Shown: in pieces, positions 24,366 to 38,868 of the stretch
Position numbering within the stretch: the stretch's first letter is position 1
Layout of the letters: every line of letters begins with the position of its first letter
Source: Octopus sinensis
Taxonomy: Eukaryota
Direction: 5' to 3'
DNA: 64,000 nucleotides
Assembly: GCF_006345805.1 (NCBI RefSeq)
Contig: NC_043001.1
Span: 26,040,001 to 26,104,000 of the forward strand
The notes under the pieces: generated by a model
The model's database searches: none
What the model saw: only the letters and a program-made list of their open reading frames with translations
Told to the model about the DNA's origin: nothing
Position numbers and translations under genes: made by a program

Positions 24366-26195
24366 AAATACATGTGCGTGACTGATATGCAATTGTAAAA
24401 AGGATAAAAACAATTGTTTCAAAATCAAGCTTTGGAAATGTTTATCTAAAAATCTAAAAAATAGACAACTAAAAGATAATGGTTTAAATAACTACAGAGA
24501 GATAGAAAATAGCTATGCTCATAACTAAGTGGCAATTATCTATAGATATCATCACTGAGCTGTTACTAATGTTACTTGTATTATAAACATTAAAATAGAA
24601 TGAAACAATATTTCTGTTTTAAAAAAATAAAAAAGGCAGTAAGAATATCACTCTCTGTTCTAGTCGGGTTATTATTTTATTATTTGACTTAGTGTTTACC
24701 TTTGGCTAGTCATTAACTGAAACCAAAAGACGACTGATACGCATTTTGTTTACTTTAACAAACTTTCCGGGTTATATTTTTCTCTGTTCGTAAATGTCTC
24801 GAATAGTTGTGGAGTTTCTGAACTTTATAGCAAAAAACCTAACTAACAAAACTCCGAGGATAGCCAAACGTCCTCTCTGTGTTACATACAGGCAAAAGAA
24901 TAAGGAAGCTAGAGAGAGACATCAAAGCGCAGTTGTGACAGTTTTCTTTCTCTTTTTCTGCTACATGCAATATTTACTTGTATTTTTGTATTATCATTCC
25001 TGAAGTGATTCTTGAGAGGCCTCAAATATTTTAAGTGCAGTCAACTGTGCGCGCGTGCGTATGAGAGAAAGAGAGAGAGTGAAAGAGAAAGGTCGCCTCT
25101 ACATCATAAAGCCTGGGAATTTCTCTGTCAATAACAAGCATTATTTAGTGAAAACGTGCGCTAACAGAGGAGTTAATATGCGTAAAAAACTGAGACAATT
25201 CAATTTGGATCGTTTTTCGAAGCAGACTATTATATTAAATCTAATAAATACTACGTTTCCTGGATCTACTTTATATAATACACGATACCCTTAACACTTA
25301 ATCCTGTTTTGTATAATGTTTTTCAATCAGGGAGTGGTAGTCAGGATGAGAAAAATGTAATAGTAATGTAATTTGTCTAGGGTGAATCTAATTGCTAGTG
25401 GCATGTATGTCAATAAATTGACTTTACTACTTTTTTACAAGTTCATTCAGTTTTCTATCTATAAACTTTCCCCCACATCAGTATCACACCATCAATCAAG
25501 GAAATGCCGGTAACAGCTGAATCTAGCACAATATTCGATCACCAAGTTCGATTCATTAAATGGTGTCATTTCGACAGGCCATCGCAAGCGCACTTTTAAC
25601 TTGATCTAGCATTATCTTCCCAGTGCAGTGAAACTATCCCGCTGAGCAGATAGATTTTATTGCCCACCCACACAGCAAACATTACAGAGAGTAATGCTAA
25701 TTCTCTTAAAGGGTTCCGTTCAAGCTACCTGAGAAGTTCGTCAAAGCCAACTCCGCTCTTTCACTCTTCTCACCGATTCTTGTTTCCGATAGAAAAGCGA
25801 AAGGGAGTATTTATTTGTATTGTCTTCTTCGGTAGCTAGAGTTAATATTTTCAAATTAGTAATGGAATTCAAGATATAAACTTTTCAGTTAATATGAGAT
25901 GTAAGTCGATCTTTTTTTTTTATTGATTGATATATCACTTGCTTACAACCCCACCCTCGCCTAAAATATAAAACTACAGTTAAATGTATAATAACCGCTG
26001 TACTAACTTGAAAATTTAAAGTAACCTTAAATTCAACAGAATTCACATTCTTCATACAAAAACTAGTGTATCGAAACCTGTTGGAATTGAGCACCATCCC
26101 CCTCCACCAATAATCATGTTCCAAATATTAATGAAACTATACTTTTCCATTCCTCCTTGATAGAGCAACTTGTATATAGTTGAGACTCTTTTAGG

Positions 26196-26417
26196 TGGCA
26201 GAAATGTTAGCACGCCGGGCGAAAAGCGTAGCCGTATTTCGTCTGCCGTTACGTTCTGAGTTCAAATTCCGCCGAGGTCGACTTTGCCTTTCATCCTTTC
26301 AAGGTCGATAAATTAAGTACCAGTTACGCACTGGGGTCGATATAATCGACTTAATCCGTTTGTCTGTCCTTGTTTGTCCCCTCTCTGTTTAGCCCCTTGT
26401 GGGTAGTAAAGAAATAG
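26196..26417 (+). mobile_element. SINE family A, young copy
   Basis: Same sequence as 19769/38641, with most CpGs retained. Confidence 0.88.
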
Positions 26418-28706
26418 ATAAAAAGCATGCAGTGACTAAAAAAAAAAATTTAATGTGCTCAACGAGAGGACCCTCCTTGTTATCTAAACTTTCTTTGTCA
26501 ATTATAATCCTAACACCAAATATCGACTACAATACAGGCCAACGAAGGTGCATATAACTTCGTTGCTCAACTTGCTAGAAATAGCAGCTAAATCTCCCTC
26601 AAATCACATCTGTACCGTCTTAAGAAACAAGTGTCTACTATATACTGTACTCCTGGGAGCAACTAGGGAAAAGATTTGAGTGCTCGCAGCCGGAACTTCT
26701 GGACTATAAATCTGCTCAATTTGAGCTGACCTAGAGTTAACAACTGACTGCTCTGCTCAATCTGAGCATTAATTTATATAGAATAACTGCTGATAGGGTA
26801 AATGCTCAATATATATATTATATAGAATCCTTTTTATTATTTGCTCATTGTATTGCATAATACAACCTATATGCAGAAATTCAATGTATAAAGAATCTTT
26901 TATTAATTGTATATAAGAATCTGTGTGTAAGTAAATATAAAATTAATATCTTATCGGAGGTATTGCATTGTTTGTGATGAAGAGAAAGAACTAGGTGATA
27001 CACTGAACCACACTCACAGGTTATTAATCAATATCTGTACAAGATCCAATAGATCAAGATCAATTATTAAGAATAAATATATTAATGAAACAACAAAGCA
27101 TACAAATACAAATCACTCCTGATGCATTCAAGATAATGCTAAATCACCCAATACAGAAAGAACCAGGTGAATTTATTTTCAGTTAACAGGATTTAACAGG
27201 AAAAAAAAAGAAGCTATCTAGCATTTATTTGTTTAGTTATAGCAGTAAGCAAGGGTTTTCAGCCTGGTGTGTCTGCATTTCCTGGGGGTGTAAAATGGTA
27301 TTTTAGGTGTGACAAAATACTTGATCAAAATTGCTTTACAGAATAAGATTATTTACTAAAAAAATAACTGTTGTATTAAGCATGCTAACAACTTAGTTAT
27401 TCCACAGAACTGCATTTTATTCAATAAAACAATAAACTAGTTATTAAAAATTTAACTTTTTCATTATCAAATGTGATATTACTTTTGTTGGGGGTGTGTG
27501 AAAATTTAATATTTCCTAAGGGTGCAAGGCATAGATAGAAAAGGTTGATAATGAACAGTTTACAAGTTAATGCAGTGAAAGGACTTACATCATACACATT
27601 GGTGTATATAATATAATAATCTACTGTGTGTGGATGTATATGTGTGTATGTATGTTAGCTACAAAGCTAATCCTTTGTTAGGGGATCAGTTGACACAGTC
27701 TCGAACAAACTAGAAAGATGTGCAATTCAAATTCAGAACCATAAAAGCTAGGATTTTCTATTGTTAGAACTATAGCATATATATATATTCTACATTGTGC
27801 TACAACAGAAAACTTTCAATTGATTTCACATTTCCTTTCACTACAGATTGTCTCAGTCAAACAAAATCATTATTTTCTACTTTATACAAGTTCCAGGAAT
27901 GGCCCTAGTAGTTATATCTAAACCAAATTAAAAGGCACAAATATACAGATATCACACACACATTCCTGTATGCAAAGTTAATATCTACATTCGCCAGGTT
28001 ACATGAAATGGTGCATATTTGTTGCATATTGGTATGTATATTGATGAATATTCAGTTTTTATTGAACCTAGCTGTCATTCTAGCATAGGTATTAAGGAAT
28101 TTCTAAAGCAACACAAAATATCTTTATGAATTTATTTGTTCCTATAGCACCCACTTTACTTTCACTTCCACTCTCTTTCTCTATCTATCTATCTACACAC
28201 ATATACATATATACTTATATCTACATGCATACAGATCCATGTATGTACACACACATTTAGGTATGTGTGTGCATACATTTATTTCAGCCTTGTAAAAGTT
28301 ATATATTGGAATATTATACTGCAGCAAATCAACTAAACTCTCTCCTTCTCTCTCCCAGAATATGAATAAATATTAGGATTGATAAGGCAATATGATATCT
28401 TTCTGCCATCGATCTAGCACTTGAGGCAGTCAGTCTGTCTGCAGTTCTCAGTTATTCTACAGCATAAAGTGGATGATAATGGTTTTGTCGGTCCCCTCAG
28501 ACAATCCACGATGCGCGAGGAAATGTGAAATTAGTTGGAAGTTTGTTGTTGCATTACACAGTGTTAAATCTCATACAATTGTTAATCATAATAAGCTGAC
28601 TTGTCCCCTCTCTTCAGGAGATTTGTAATGATTCAGCATACTTTTGTTTCCTGGCACGGCAGAAAGCTAACTGACCCCAGTTCCCAAGAACCTTATAATT
28701 CCTTTT

Positions 28707-28737
<31 letters not shown>

Positions 28738-29448
28738 TTTTCTCCTTTTATCAATATAAACCTTTACAGAGATGTAGCTATTTAGAAACATATACTCCAC
28801 CTCAGCCCCTTGCTTCTAGCTTGTAAGCTTCTCATTTTTTTTTTCTCTCTAAATTACAGTCTCCCCATTCATTCATTGCTATTTCAATAGGTCTTCCTAG
28901 AATGGACACAAGCCCATTTAAAGGTAATCTTCAATGAAATATATTGATTTCTTACTTCCCTTGGCTCTATTGCATGCTTAAACAGCCAGAAATGCAGGGA
29001 GTATAAGGATGCATTGGTATGGGAGATTCTCAACAGAAAAATGTAGCTGTACTAAGGAATGTCTGAAAGCTATATCATACAAACTCTTCAAAAGGAGCTT
29101 ATTTTTATTCTCTTGCTAATAACTTATTAAAATTTATATAGAAGTGTTGAGAAATAAAGTTGGAAAGAAAGAAAGATTTATTTTTTTTTTTAGAAAAATG
29201 GAATTCACCAGGCCTTATTGAAGATAGAAAAACTAATTTTAATTTGAAAAATTCTAAGTTACTTAGGCAATTTATTGTGATTTTTAAAAAATACTTGTTC
29301 AGATTTGGTTAATCTAGTGTTGTCTGTGTCAGATCTACCAAGGCTTTTAAAACCTAAAGCCATAAAAAATAAATTGTAGTGTTTTAAATAGAAGCTGTAA
29401 TAGCAGTGATATAATATCACAAGTTGTAAAACTATATGTAAGCAACTA

Positions 29449-29903
29449 ATATATATATACACACACACATATATATATATATACACATATATATACACAT
29501 ATATATATATATATACACACATATATATATATATATTATATATATATACACATATATATATATATATATATACACATATATATATACACACACATATATA
29601 TATATATACACACACATATATATATATACACACACATATATATATATATACACACATATATATATATTCACACATATATATATATATACACACACACACA
29701 TATATATATACACACACATATATATATACACATATATATATACACATATATATATACACACATATATATACACACACATATATATACACACACACATATA
29801 TATACACACATATATATACACACATATATATATATACACATATATATACACACATATATATATACCCACACACATATATATATATATACATATATATATA
29901 TAG
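29449..29903. repeat. Compound (TA)n/(CA)n microsatellite, ~450 bp
   Basis: Alternating short CA and TA blocks; source of the 238-aa and 195-aa minus-strand pseudo-ORFs. Confidence 0.95.
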
Positions 29904-32900
29904 AATATATGCTTGAAGAATAGGAAGGAAAATTGAATTAAAATGCATGTTAAACAAAGAGTAGACAGAAAACATTTTAAAAGTAAAAATATGTTTCTAC
30001 ACATGCATCTATTCTGCAATAAGGCAGCAACAGGTTTCCTTTTTGCATTTTACTTTGAAAACTGATATAAGAGATCAGCAATCAGCTTACATATATATTT
30101 CTTATGAATTGTATGTATATAGAATTTGGAAAAGGTAGGGTACCAAACATGATTATCTTTAGTGAAATCACTTGTTCATAAATATTGATAGCAGATTTCA
30201 AAGAAATTTTTCACATTTAAGAAATAATGAAGATAAGTATTTTTTTTTTAATGTTTTACATTTTGAAATAGGAATGCATTCTCTTTATTCTATAAAACTA
30301 ACTGTAACTCAGGTATTGTTTATACTATCTATTGAAACAACCTGTATATCTTGTTAAGTTATCTTGTGTTTTAATCAATAGACAGAAATGTAAACAGTTT
30401 TTACAAAGAGCTTTCTTAAGATGTATTAAGCCTACTGGGAATTATACTGTATCACTGAGTTTTGAGGGATATTGGATATTATTTAAACAAGCTTATCCTA
30501 AATTTTCATTTACTTTACAAGTAAAGAAAAATGAAAGAATACAGCAGCATGGGAGGTGGTACCATGGTCTTCAGATAAAAATCAATGCAACAATTCTAGG
30601 CTGTAATAATTGGTAGCACTGGCATTGCTGTTGTTGCAACTTGCCTCAACACAGATAGCAATATTCTGTCAGTGTTGGTGAGGGGAATAAAGCGGGATTG
30701 GAATAGGATAGCCATTAAATATATATTTGTAGTTTTTCAAATATTATAGAGAAATAAACACTTATTGGGAAATGTTGCAGTTCTCTTTCTGATGGTTATT
30801 TTCTTTGATAATAAATAAACCTTTGCATTTTATTTTGTTGTGGGTTACAACTAAGAAAAGTTTTTAAACATAGGTGATTAGGAGAAGAAAAAAAGTGAAA
30901 AATACCACCCCATCCCAGCTTCTGATAATTTTATCTACATTTAATGTAACATAATAAAAGAAACTATAGAAATTTAGTTTCTAACTATTTATAGTTATGC
31001 TAAAAAAGAAACAGTTTATTTGGAGAAATCTGCAGTAATTAGAGATGGTGTGCAAAAAGGTGTTAGGATCTTATCAGTGTATAATATGAAATTTGGTTCT
31101 TTATTAGTTAATAACAGTTAAGAGCTGTTTCCTTCCATTAAGTTTCTGTATTTTTATTATGTAAGCAAACTATTTCTTCCTGTTTTCACATTTCCAGGAA
31201 ATAGAGAAACTATAGATATCTTAATAGCCTCTTTTATACTTGTCCCATTAAGGATACTCTTAACTGTTAACTGGTAAGGCCACACTTTGCAATAAAAGGT
31301 TTTAGAAAACAAATTAACCAAAACCAGGAAGGAATTTATTTTAGTTTATTTAAGGTGGAGTTGATTGAAGGCTAGAATGGTTGAGAGCAGAGAGAGAGAG
31401 AGAGAGCTAGACATGCATTATGTGTTACATCATTTAATGTATCAATATTCAGAGTTCAAATGATATGATAGTCATTTTAGTTTTCATTTCTTTAGGGGTG
31501 GATAACATAATCCAAAATCATCCAACCAACTATCCTTATAAAAATAAACTAAGAAAAGTATTGTTACACAAGTTTAAATTTGCAAAAACAAAAACAGTCA
31601 TGTTATTTGTAGTGAAAACTGGTTGGTGGTGAAACAAATATGAAATTATTATTTCATCTGTGCCACGAAATCATGTAAATGTTTGATTCAAACCTATGTT
31701 TTCTTGGTAAAAGGTGAGAAAAAAACTGAAAACATGATAACTGTAGCCAACAGGTGGTTCTGTTAAATTAAAGATGGTATGGACCATACTGGTAGCTAAT
31801 ACCAATCTGAAGTAACACTGGACTGAGTTAGGTTGTTACAATATATACAGTAAAACATTACAAGAAGAAAAATGTTTCTCCCTTTCACTACGAAATATAA
31901 TCTTAATGGTCTTCCTTAAATATGTTCTAATTCTAAAGTTGCCGTCCATTTAGTTTATAATAAGCATTAAAAATTTGTTCTGTCTAAATAGTTCTGTTTG
32001 AAAAAGGTGGCTGTTTTAGTTTGGTGAGAAAACCTTTTTATTATGTGTCCAACCATCTATTCTTTTCCCACCTTACAAATAACAGCACAAACTTGTTTAA
32101 CTACCAGAAGTGGTAAGTTTGTATTTCATGACACAAAAGAACTAACAACATGTCAAGTTTTGTTGCAAAGTGGTTTTGCAGTTCTATAACAATAAAGCTT
32201 CATATTTGCTTCGTTTCATGACTGTACATATTTATACTTCACACTCAGCTACAGTAGACAGAAAGAGGGCTCATATTTCAGTTTTAAAACATCTTGGTGT
32301 CATTTTAACCTGTTGTAAAGGTTAAGCTTTAGAATATTTTGAAAAAGGCAAGTAAAAAGTTTTCAAGAAGCAGCTTTATGTAATGGCTGCACATTCTTCT
32401 CTTTAGAATCTTTAATGTTAATATAAATTGTCAGTTTTCTTATTATCCATAGGAAAAAATCCCCACTGGTTTTAGAGCCCCTTTAACAAGCTTAATGCAC
32501 TATCTTAGAAAGAACATTTTGACATTAACATAAATAATGTTATACTATTTACTAGTTAAATATTCAGGTTTATTACATCATTGATCTCTTTTGCTTGTCA
32601 TAATCTATTACAACACAGCCTATATTAAAATGCAGGCATGCCTATGTAGTTTTGCAATCATGTGGTTTCAGGTTCAATTTTAGCACATTAATAATCTTTT
32701 GTCATAAGCTATTACACAACAACTTACATTAAATTTTAATTGTAGGCAATCACCACTTTCTAAATTGACAGGGCTCTATTCTAACAGGCTGTGAAGGCAA
32801 TATCTGCAAACATAACCAACTGTTATATAATTAAACATGATGTATTGTGGCAGATATATCCTGTGTGTATGTGTACATGTGCATGTATGCAATATATAAC

Positions 32901-33419
32901 TGTCTGCGTACTCCAATTAAAGTTAAATCCTTAACACTTTCTAATCAGCAACTTGACACCTTGATTGGCTCATGCAGGTAGACCTGGTGATAATTAGTTG
33001 CTATGTAGAATGATTAAGAAACTTAATTGGTTCTCATGTGAACTATCTAATCTAACTGGCAGCAGCAGATGGAAACAGCTTTAACATGTTCCATAATGTT
33101 TGTTTTTAAAGGACTTATTAAAAGTTCCATCTTAGCAACATCTCATTGTATTTAAGCTGTAATAATTCTTTTATTGTTTTTACTGGTTGGACTGGGCCCA
33201 TGCTGGGGCACCACTCTGTGGGGTTAGTTGATTATATCAACCCCCGACTGTTTATTTTTATTTACAGGTAATTTATTTTATCAACTTCCGAAAGGTGAGG
33301 TGGACCAGGTGGAATTTGAAAGGGATGCAACCAAATACCACAGTTATTTTGCTTGACATTCTATGGCCACCCACCAAGAATATTTTGGAGGCTAATGGTA
33401 TAATCATTAGTAATAATAG

Positions 33420-33570
33420 GTACAGGTATGGCTCTGTGGTTAAGAAGTTCACTATAGATTCAGCTGTAATCCCACTGTATGATACTTTGGGCAAGTGTCT
33501 TCTGTTATAGACTTTGGATTGATTTGTGCCTTCTGAGTGGAATTTAGCAGACAGAAACTAAGAAACTGAA
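33420..33570 (+). mobile_element. SINE family B head, diverged; tail fragment at ~33700-33760
   Basis: GGTATGGCTCTGTGGTTAAGAAG...TTGGGCAAGTGTCTTCTG.TATAG...GACAGAAACT. Confidence 0.65.
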
Positions 33571-34177
33571 GAAGTAGATTGTATGATATATGTGTATACA
33601 CATGTGTCTCATTTTGAAGGTTGTGTAAAAAAAGGTAGCCTAACCACTTGATACATATAGATCAACAAAATAAAGTAGAGTTTATGTGATCAAACTCTTG
33701 AAAGTGGAACCCCAGCATGACCATGCTACAATGGTTGAAACCAGTAAAAGAATAAAGAAGTGTAAAGTATGTTCTGAGAATTCTGTTGACCCCCCCTTCC
33801 CCAATCCATTTATCTCTCCACCTCTCACCATCCTTGTTGTTTCTATACCTCCTCCACATCCCTGCTCTAACTACTGTTCTCAATCCTTCCTTCTCAGAAC
33901 ATTGGCCTTCTGGAATCTCCTTCTTGCTCTCATGTCTTTTCTGCAAGAGCTGACCTACAACAGTTTAAGTGGAACATTGACAACATCAATCTCACCAGCC
34001 TTGGAAGGGACTGCAAAGGTTATGGGCACTGCTATTGATACCAAGCTGTATTTTAAAAAGTTTACCTGTGATAGATTAACTTCTTACCCATGGAGAGATC
34101 TGTATTGTCACTAACTATTTGCATAGTTTGTGAATGGATTATATTTTCACAAAATTATAAAATTTCCTAGCTATTAA

Positions 34178-34392
34178 CCCTTTCATTACCAGCCTGGCTG
34201 AATCTGGCTCTTTAGTACAAATGTCTTGTTTTCATAAGTTTTGAATTCAAATCTTCCACCAAATCTTAGTCACAATTTATGTTCTTAACACTAGCTCAAT
34301 GATAACAATATTATTTTACTAAATTCTTTGTTATATTTAAAATAATTGGAAGAAACACAGAGCATCTCAAAATAAATACAGTAACAAAAGAG
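34178..34392 (-). mobile_element. piggyBac-type MITE
   Basis: TTAA at 34174-34177 and 34393-34396; termini CCCTTT...AAAGAG; reverse-complement homologue of 41430-41645. Confidence 0.75.
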
Positions 34393-35339
34393 TTAATCAT
34401 ATCTTTAGAAGTGAGAAATTTTTTAATATTCATATTTATATTGTTTCAATCAAGGGGTTAGAAAAATGTATGCCTTCCTAGAAAATGACACCTGACTGAA
34501 GATCAGAAATGAAACTGAGTGAAATGTTACATAGATGTAAAATATTCAAAACTTTCATCACCAAAGATGAGGCTGATTGTCTGAAAAGTTATCTTAACAA
34601 CAACTAATTTCAGGCGTTTAATTTATTTTTGTGTTTTGACATCTAATATAATTAGCTAAAATTGGTAGTTCCATTACCCATTTTCATCATTCTAAAGACA
34701 ATGTTCTGTTTGCTGTGTAATATACTGGAACAATAAATACAATTTGTAATTATTATTAATTACAAAGTTCATTTATAATTGAATGTTAGAAGACAATCTC
34801 ACAAAAGGCGATTTAATTGAAAGCTAGTTACTAGGTTATGGTCATATCTGTTCACACATATGTGTGTGTGAGTGTATGCATACATACACACACATTTTCC
34901 CCTCATTTCTATAGAAGCTTCTAAACATATCATTTGCTGAATAGAACATAAGTATTAAATGTGTCCTTCTTTAATATCAATAAGGAAATGTAATTTCTTT
35001 GTGTGACAAGAAATTCTATGACAAAATAAGTAATTGATAAGTTACCAACTATAATTAATTGGGAATTGATAACCAACTAACTACAACTATCATTTCATTC
35101 TAAATGTACTTTGATGATTTCCTGTGTAGATAAGAAATGTTCAATTCATAAGGGAGGGTGTGGGGTTGGAAATTGTGAGGTTTGTGCCTCTCTCTCAATG
35201 AACTTTCTAAGCCTGTGTGTGTGTGTGTGTACAATTATTCCTAACACTTAGCTTAGACTCTTTTCTCATATTTTGTTTACTCTACCCTTAGTTTTAGAAA
35301 AAATCTAAACACATATATATATACATATGTGCGTGCACC

Positions 35340-36374
35340 CTTGTGTCTGTCCAGTATTGATTGTCTGTGTCCTTGTAACTGAGTAGTTCAACATAAGAGA
35401 CCGATAGAAAAGTTCCAAACTTAAAAATTGTACTGGGGTTCATTTGTTTGATTAAACCATTCAGGATGATGTCCCAGTATGGCCACAGTCCAATGACTGA
35501 AATAAGTAAATGGTATATATACATATACACACCTCTGACAGATAATTTTACAGGCACAAATGTGGCTGTGTGGTATGAAGTTTGCTTCCCAACCACATGG
35601 TTCTGGGTTCATTCAGTTCCACTGCTTGGCATTTTGGGAAAGTGTGAGTGGATTTGTTAGATGACAACTGAAAGAAACCTGTCATATATATATATATACA
35701 CACACATTCATGTCTTTGTGTCTGTTTGTCCCCACACACATTTCTTGACAACCAGTGTTGGTTTGTTTACATCCTTATAACTTAGCAGTTCAGCAAAAGG
35801 GCTGATAGAATAAGTACCAGGCTTTAAAAAAGGTAATGGAGTCAATTCATTCTAAAATTCTTCAAGGCAGTGCCCCAGCATGGCCACGATCTGATGACTG
35901 AAAACAAGTGAAAGATAAAAAGATATGCATACACACACACACACACACACACACATATAGGCGTAGGAGTGGCTGTGTGGTAAGTAGCTTGCTTACGAAC
36001 CACATGGTTCTGGGTTCAGTCTCACTTTGTGGCACTTTGGGCGAGTGTCTTCTACTATAGCCTCGGGCCCACCAAAGCTTTCTGAGTGGATTTGGTTGAC
36101 GGAAACTGAAAGAAGCCCATCGTATATATGTATATATATATGTCTGTGTGTGTGTGTGTGTGTATATGTTTGTGTGTCTGTGTTTGTCCCCTCCCTAACA
36201 TCATTTGACAACCTATGCTAGTGTGTTTATGGCCCCGTAACTTAGTGGTTTGGTAAAAGAGACTGATAGAATAAGTACTAAGCTTACAAAGAATAAGCCC
36301 TAGGGTCGATTTGCTCAACTAAAGGTGGTGCTCCAGCATGGTCACAGTTAAAAGACTGAAACAAGTAAAAGAGT
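35340..36374 (+). mobile_element. Head-to-tail cluster of three family B SINEs (~35340-35510 3' half, ~35551-35924, ~35960-36374)
   Basis: Three successive CAG.ATGG.CAC...GACTGAAA(C/T)AAGT tails and two heads, separated only by short (AT)/(AC) tracts and spacers. Confidence 0.8.
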
Positions 36375-37506
36375 ATATATATATATATATAAGTAGCTGA
36401 TCCTGTAACATATTTTTAACCAGAATACTACTGGCAGGTCACAATATTGCAAGATTTACACCAATGATAACGATTTACTAGAAAATTATTAAGGGGTCCC
36501 ACAGTTATAAAAAGATGATTTCTATTTGCTGCCAGCCTATCACCGAAAAAAAATTACAATTAAAAATAGAAATTCTATACCAGCTGAATCAATATATGTT
36601 GTCTTATTTAACGATGCTTTAAATTTGCATGGATCATCAAATTACCTACCAACATTGGTGTTTCGTTTGAGATTAGTAAAATTCATTAAATTTTAGGTGT
36701 GGAATTTTACAGCATTAACCTATCTCCATGGCAACATTTGCCAGTAATTCTGACCTGCCTATATATATTCATAGAATGGTTTGATGTTTTAATTTGCAAA
36801 TGATATTTTTACAAAAAGGTATATTTTTTTTGTAAAACTTTTGTCTATCATCTGTGTGTGAGGGTAAAATATTGTCTCAGTTTTTGGTTTAAATAAACCT
36901 GAATATTTCTTCCCCTTTTAGTCTCTACATTATTGCTAGATCTGCTAGAAATATCAACCAAATCTTCCTTAGATAACATCCTACTCTCTAAAACAAGATA
37001 CATTTGATAATGTAGTCATATACTCCTCAAAAGACAAGATGTCATGGTTGGAGTGTCTGTAATCATAGTTCTGCTTGATCAGGGTTGATTCGGGCTATGA
37101 CACCAACAACCAACCCACACCTTCCAGTAATTTCATTTTAAATAGTAGGGTAGGAAGCCGAGGGAAACATTCAACTATGATATCTAATATTGTCAACTTA
37201 AGACCACTTGTTTACTCTGCAGCCACTTAGCAGCTATTTCAACATTCTTTGTTTGTTTCTACTTTCATGCTAACTTTCTCAATGTTTGTTTACATTAGAA
37301 GCCCCTACCCTGCTGCATAGTCATGGAGCTGTGTTCTGTCATTTGCAGCTAGCTTTTTATAGTTTCTTTAAAACTTTCTCATTCAACAACTTCCAGTTCA
37401 TCCTTTAACTTTGGGGAGTTTTGAGTGAATAATACCTGACAAAAATTGGCAATGACTTAAGCAACTACATGAAATTTGTGGAAATGTAGTAGTGAGTTCT
37501 AAAACA

Positions 37507-37759
37507 CAGTGGTGTAGCTAGGATGTGTGTCACCAGGGGCAGCTCCTGAGTTAGCCGTCCCACCTCCAGAGGCCCTAAACCCTATACTGGCTTATACAAC
37601 CAATCCAAAAGTGCCACCCTATAAATACTTCACCCAGGGTCCCACCTCCAGAGGCCCTAAACCCTATACTGGCTTTTACAACCAATCCAAAAGTGCCACC
37701 CTATCAATACTTCACCCAGGGTAGATTGCCCTCCTTCTCCTCCTCTAGCTATGGTTCTG
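37507..37759. mobile_element. hAT-type MITE containing an 82-bp tandem duplication
   Basis: Imperfect TIRs CAGTGGTGTAGCTAG / CTAGCTATGGTTCTG; 8-bp TSD CTAAAACA (37499-37506) versus TTAAAACA (37760-37767); internal repeats 37557-37638 and 37639-37720 differ at 2 positions. Confidence 0.72.
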
Positions 37760-38640
37760 TTAAAACACATTTTAATAGATTATTTAATTTTTTTTTTTAT
37801 GGTAACATCAACTTCTATAAACAATTTGTTAATTTTAGTTCTTAATTTATATTTATCACCTACTGATTTTTAATTCATAGGACTTGATAAAAAAAATCAA
37901 TAGGAAATGAGACTGAGTTTTTCTGGGATCATAGCATAAACCAAAAATAGACTGTTGCTGGGAAATAAAATAGAGGATGATTTGAATAAAGTTGTAATCT
38001 GCTAAATGGAAAAGTGACATAAACAGAGGTTCAGTGATGTACTTTTATTAAATTTGGATATCTAAATACAAAATTTCTAGCTTCTCTTCTTTATATAATA
38101 TACTATTATCTAAGCTGTAGTAGAATAAGATATACATAAAAGAGATATAGGAAAATGGTCATTGCTTAAGCTTGATAACAATTCTAACATTAAATGGGGA
38201 GACTATGCATTCCCAAGACTGTTTTAAAGTATACTTTATTAGAAAATCAATTATATTATCTATTCTGATGATACAAATCCCGCTGGGGTTGGCCTGTACT
38301 TTCTGGAAGATTGATTGAATAAGTAAAAGTAATACTGGTAAATTAATTACCCCCACATATAAGAATGAAATTATCTAATTGATTAGTAGAGAATATTTTG
38401 TTCAACAAAGATTTTTAGAATAAGTAATGAAGGCTTAGTGAATTTTTTTTTTTCTTCCTGTTTGAGAATAAATGTTTTCATGTAACCTTTATATCATCCC
38501 AATTCTCTTTGATGTGTCAGAAAACATTTATTTCATCATTAAGTTTACTGTGTACATATAAAAACCATAATTATACACAAATCAAAGAGCTTATTTTTAA
38601 GTTGTTTTCATTGTCCTCAGGTTATCAACTGCTTTTTCTT

Positions 38641-38868
38641 GAGCTGGCAGAAACGTTAGCACATCGGGCGAAATACTTTGTGGTATTTCATCCGCCGCTG
38701 TGTTCTGAGTTCAAATTCCGCCGAGGTCGATTTTGCCTTTCATCCTTTTGGGGTCGATAAATCAAGTACCAGTTACGCACTGGGGTCAATATAATCGACT
38801 TAATCCGTTTGTCTATCCTTGTTTGTCCCCTCTACGTTTAGCCCCTTGTGGGGTAGTAAAGAAATAGG
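38641..38868 (+). mobile_element. SINE family A, full length
   Basis: Matches 19769/26196. Confidence 0.88.

Noticed and set aside
26554-26563. ATAACTTCGT, resembling a loxP arm
   Set aside because: Only 10 nt match, with wrong spacer and partner; coincidence within a native repeat.
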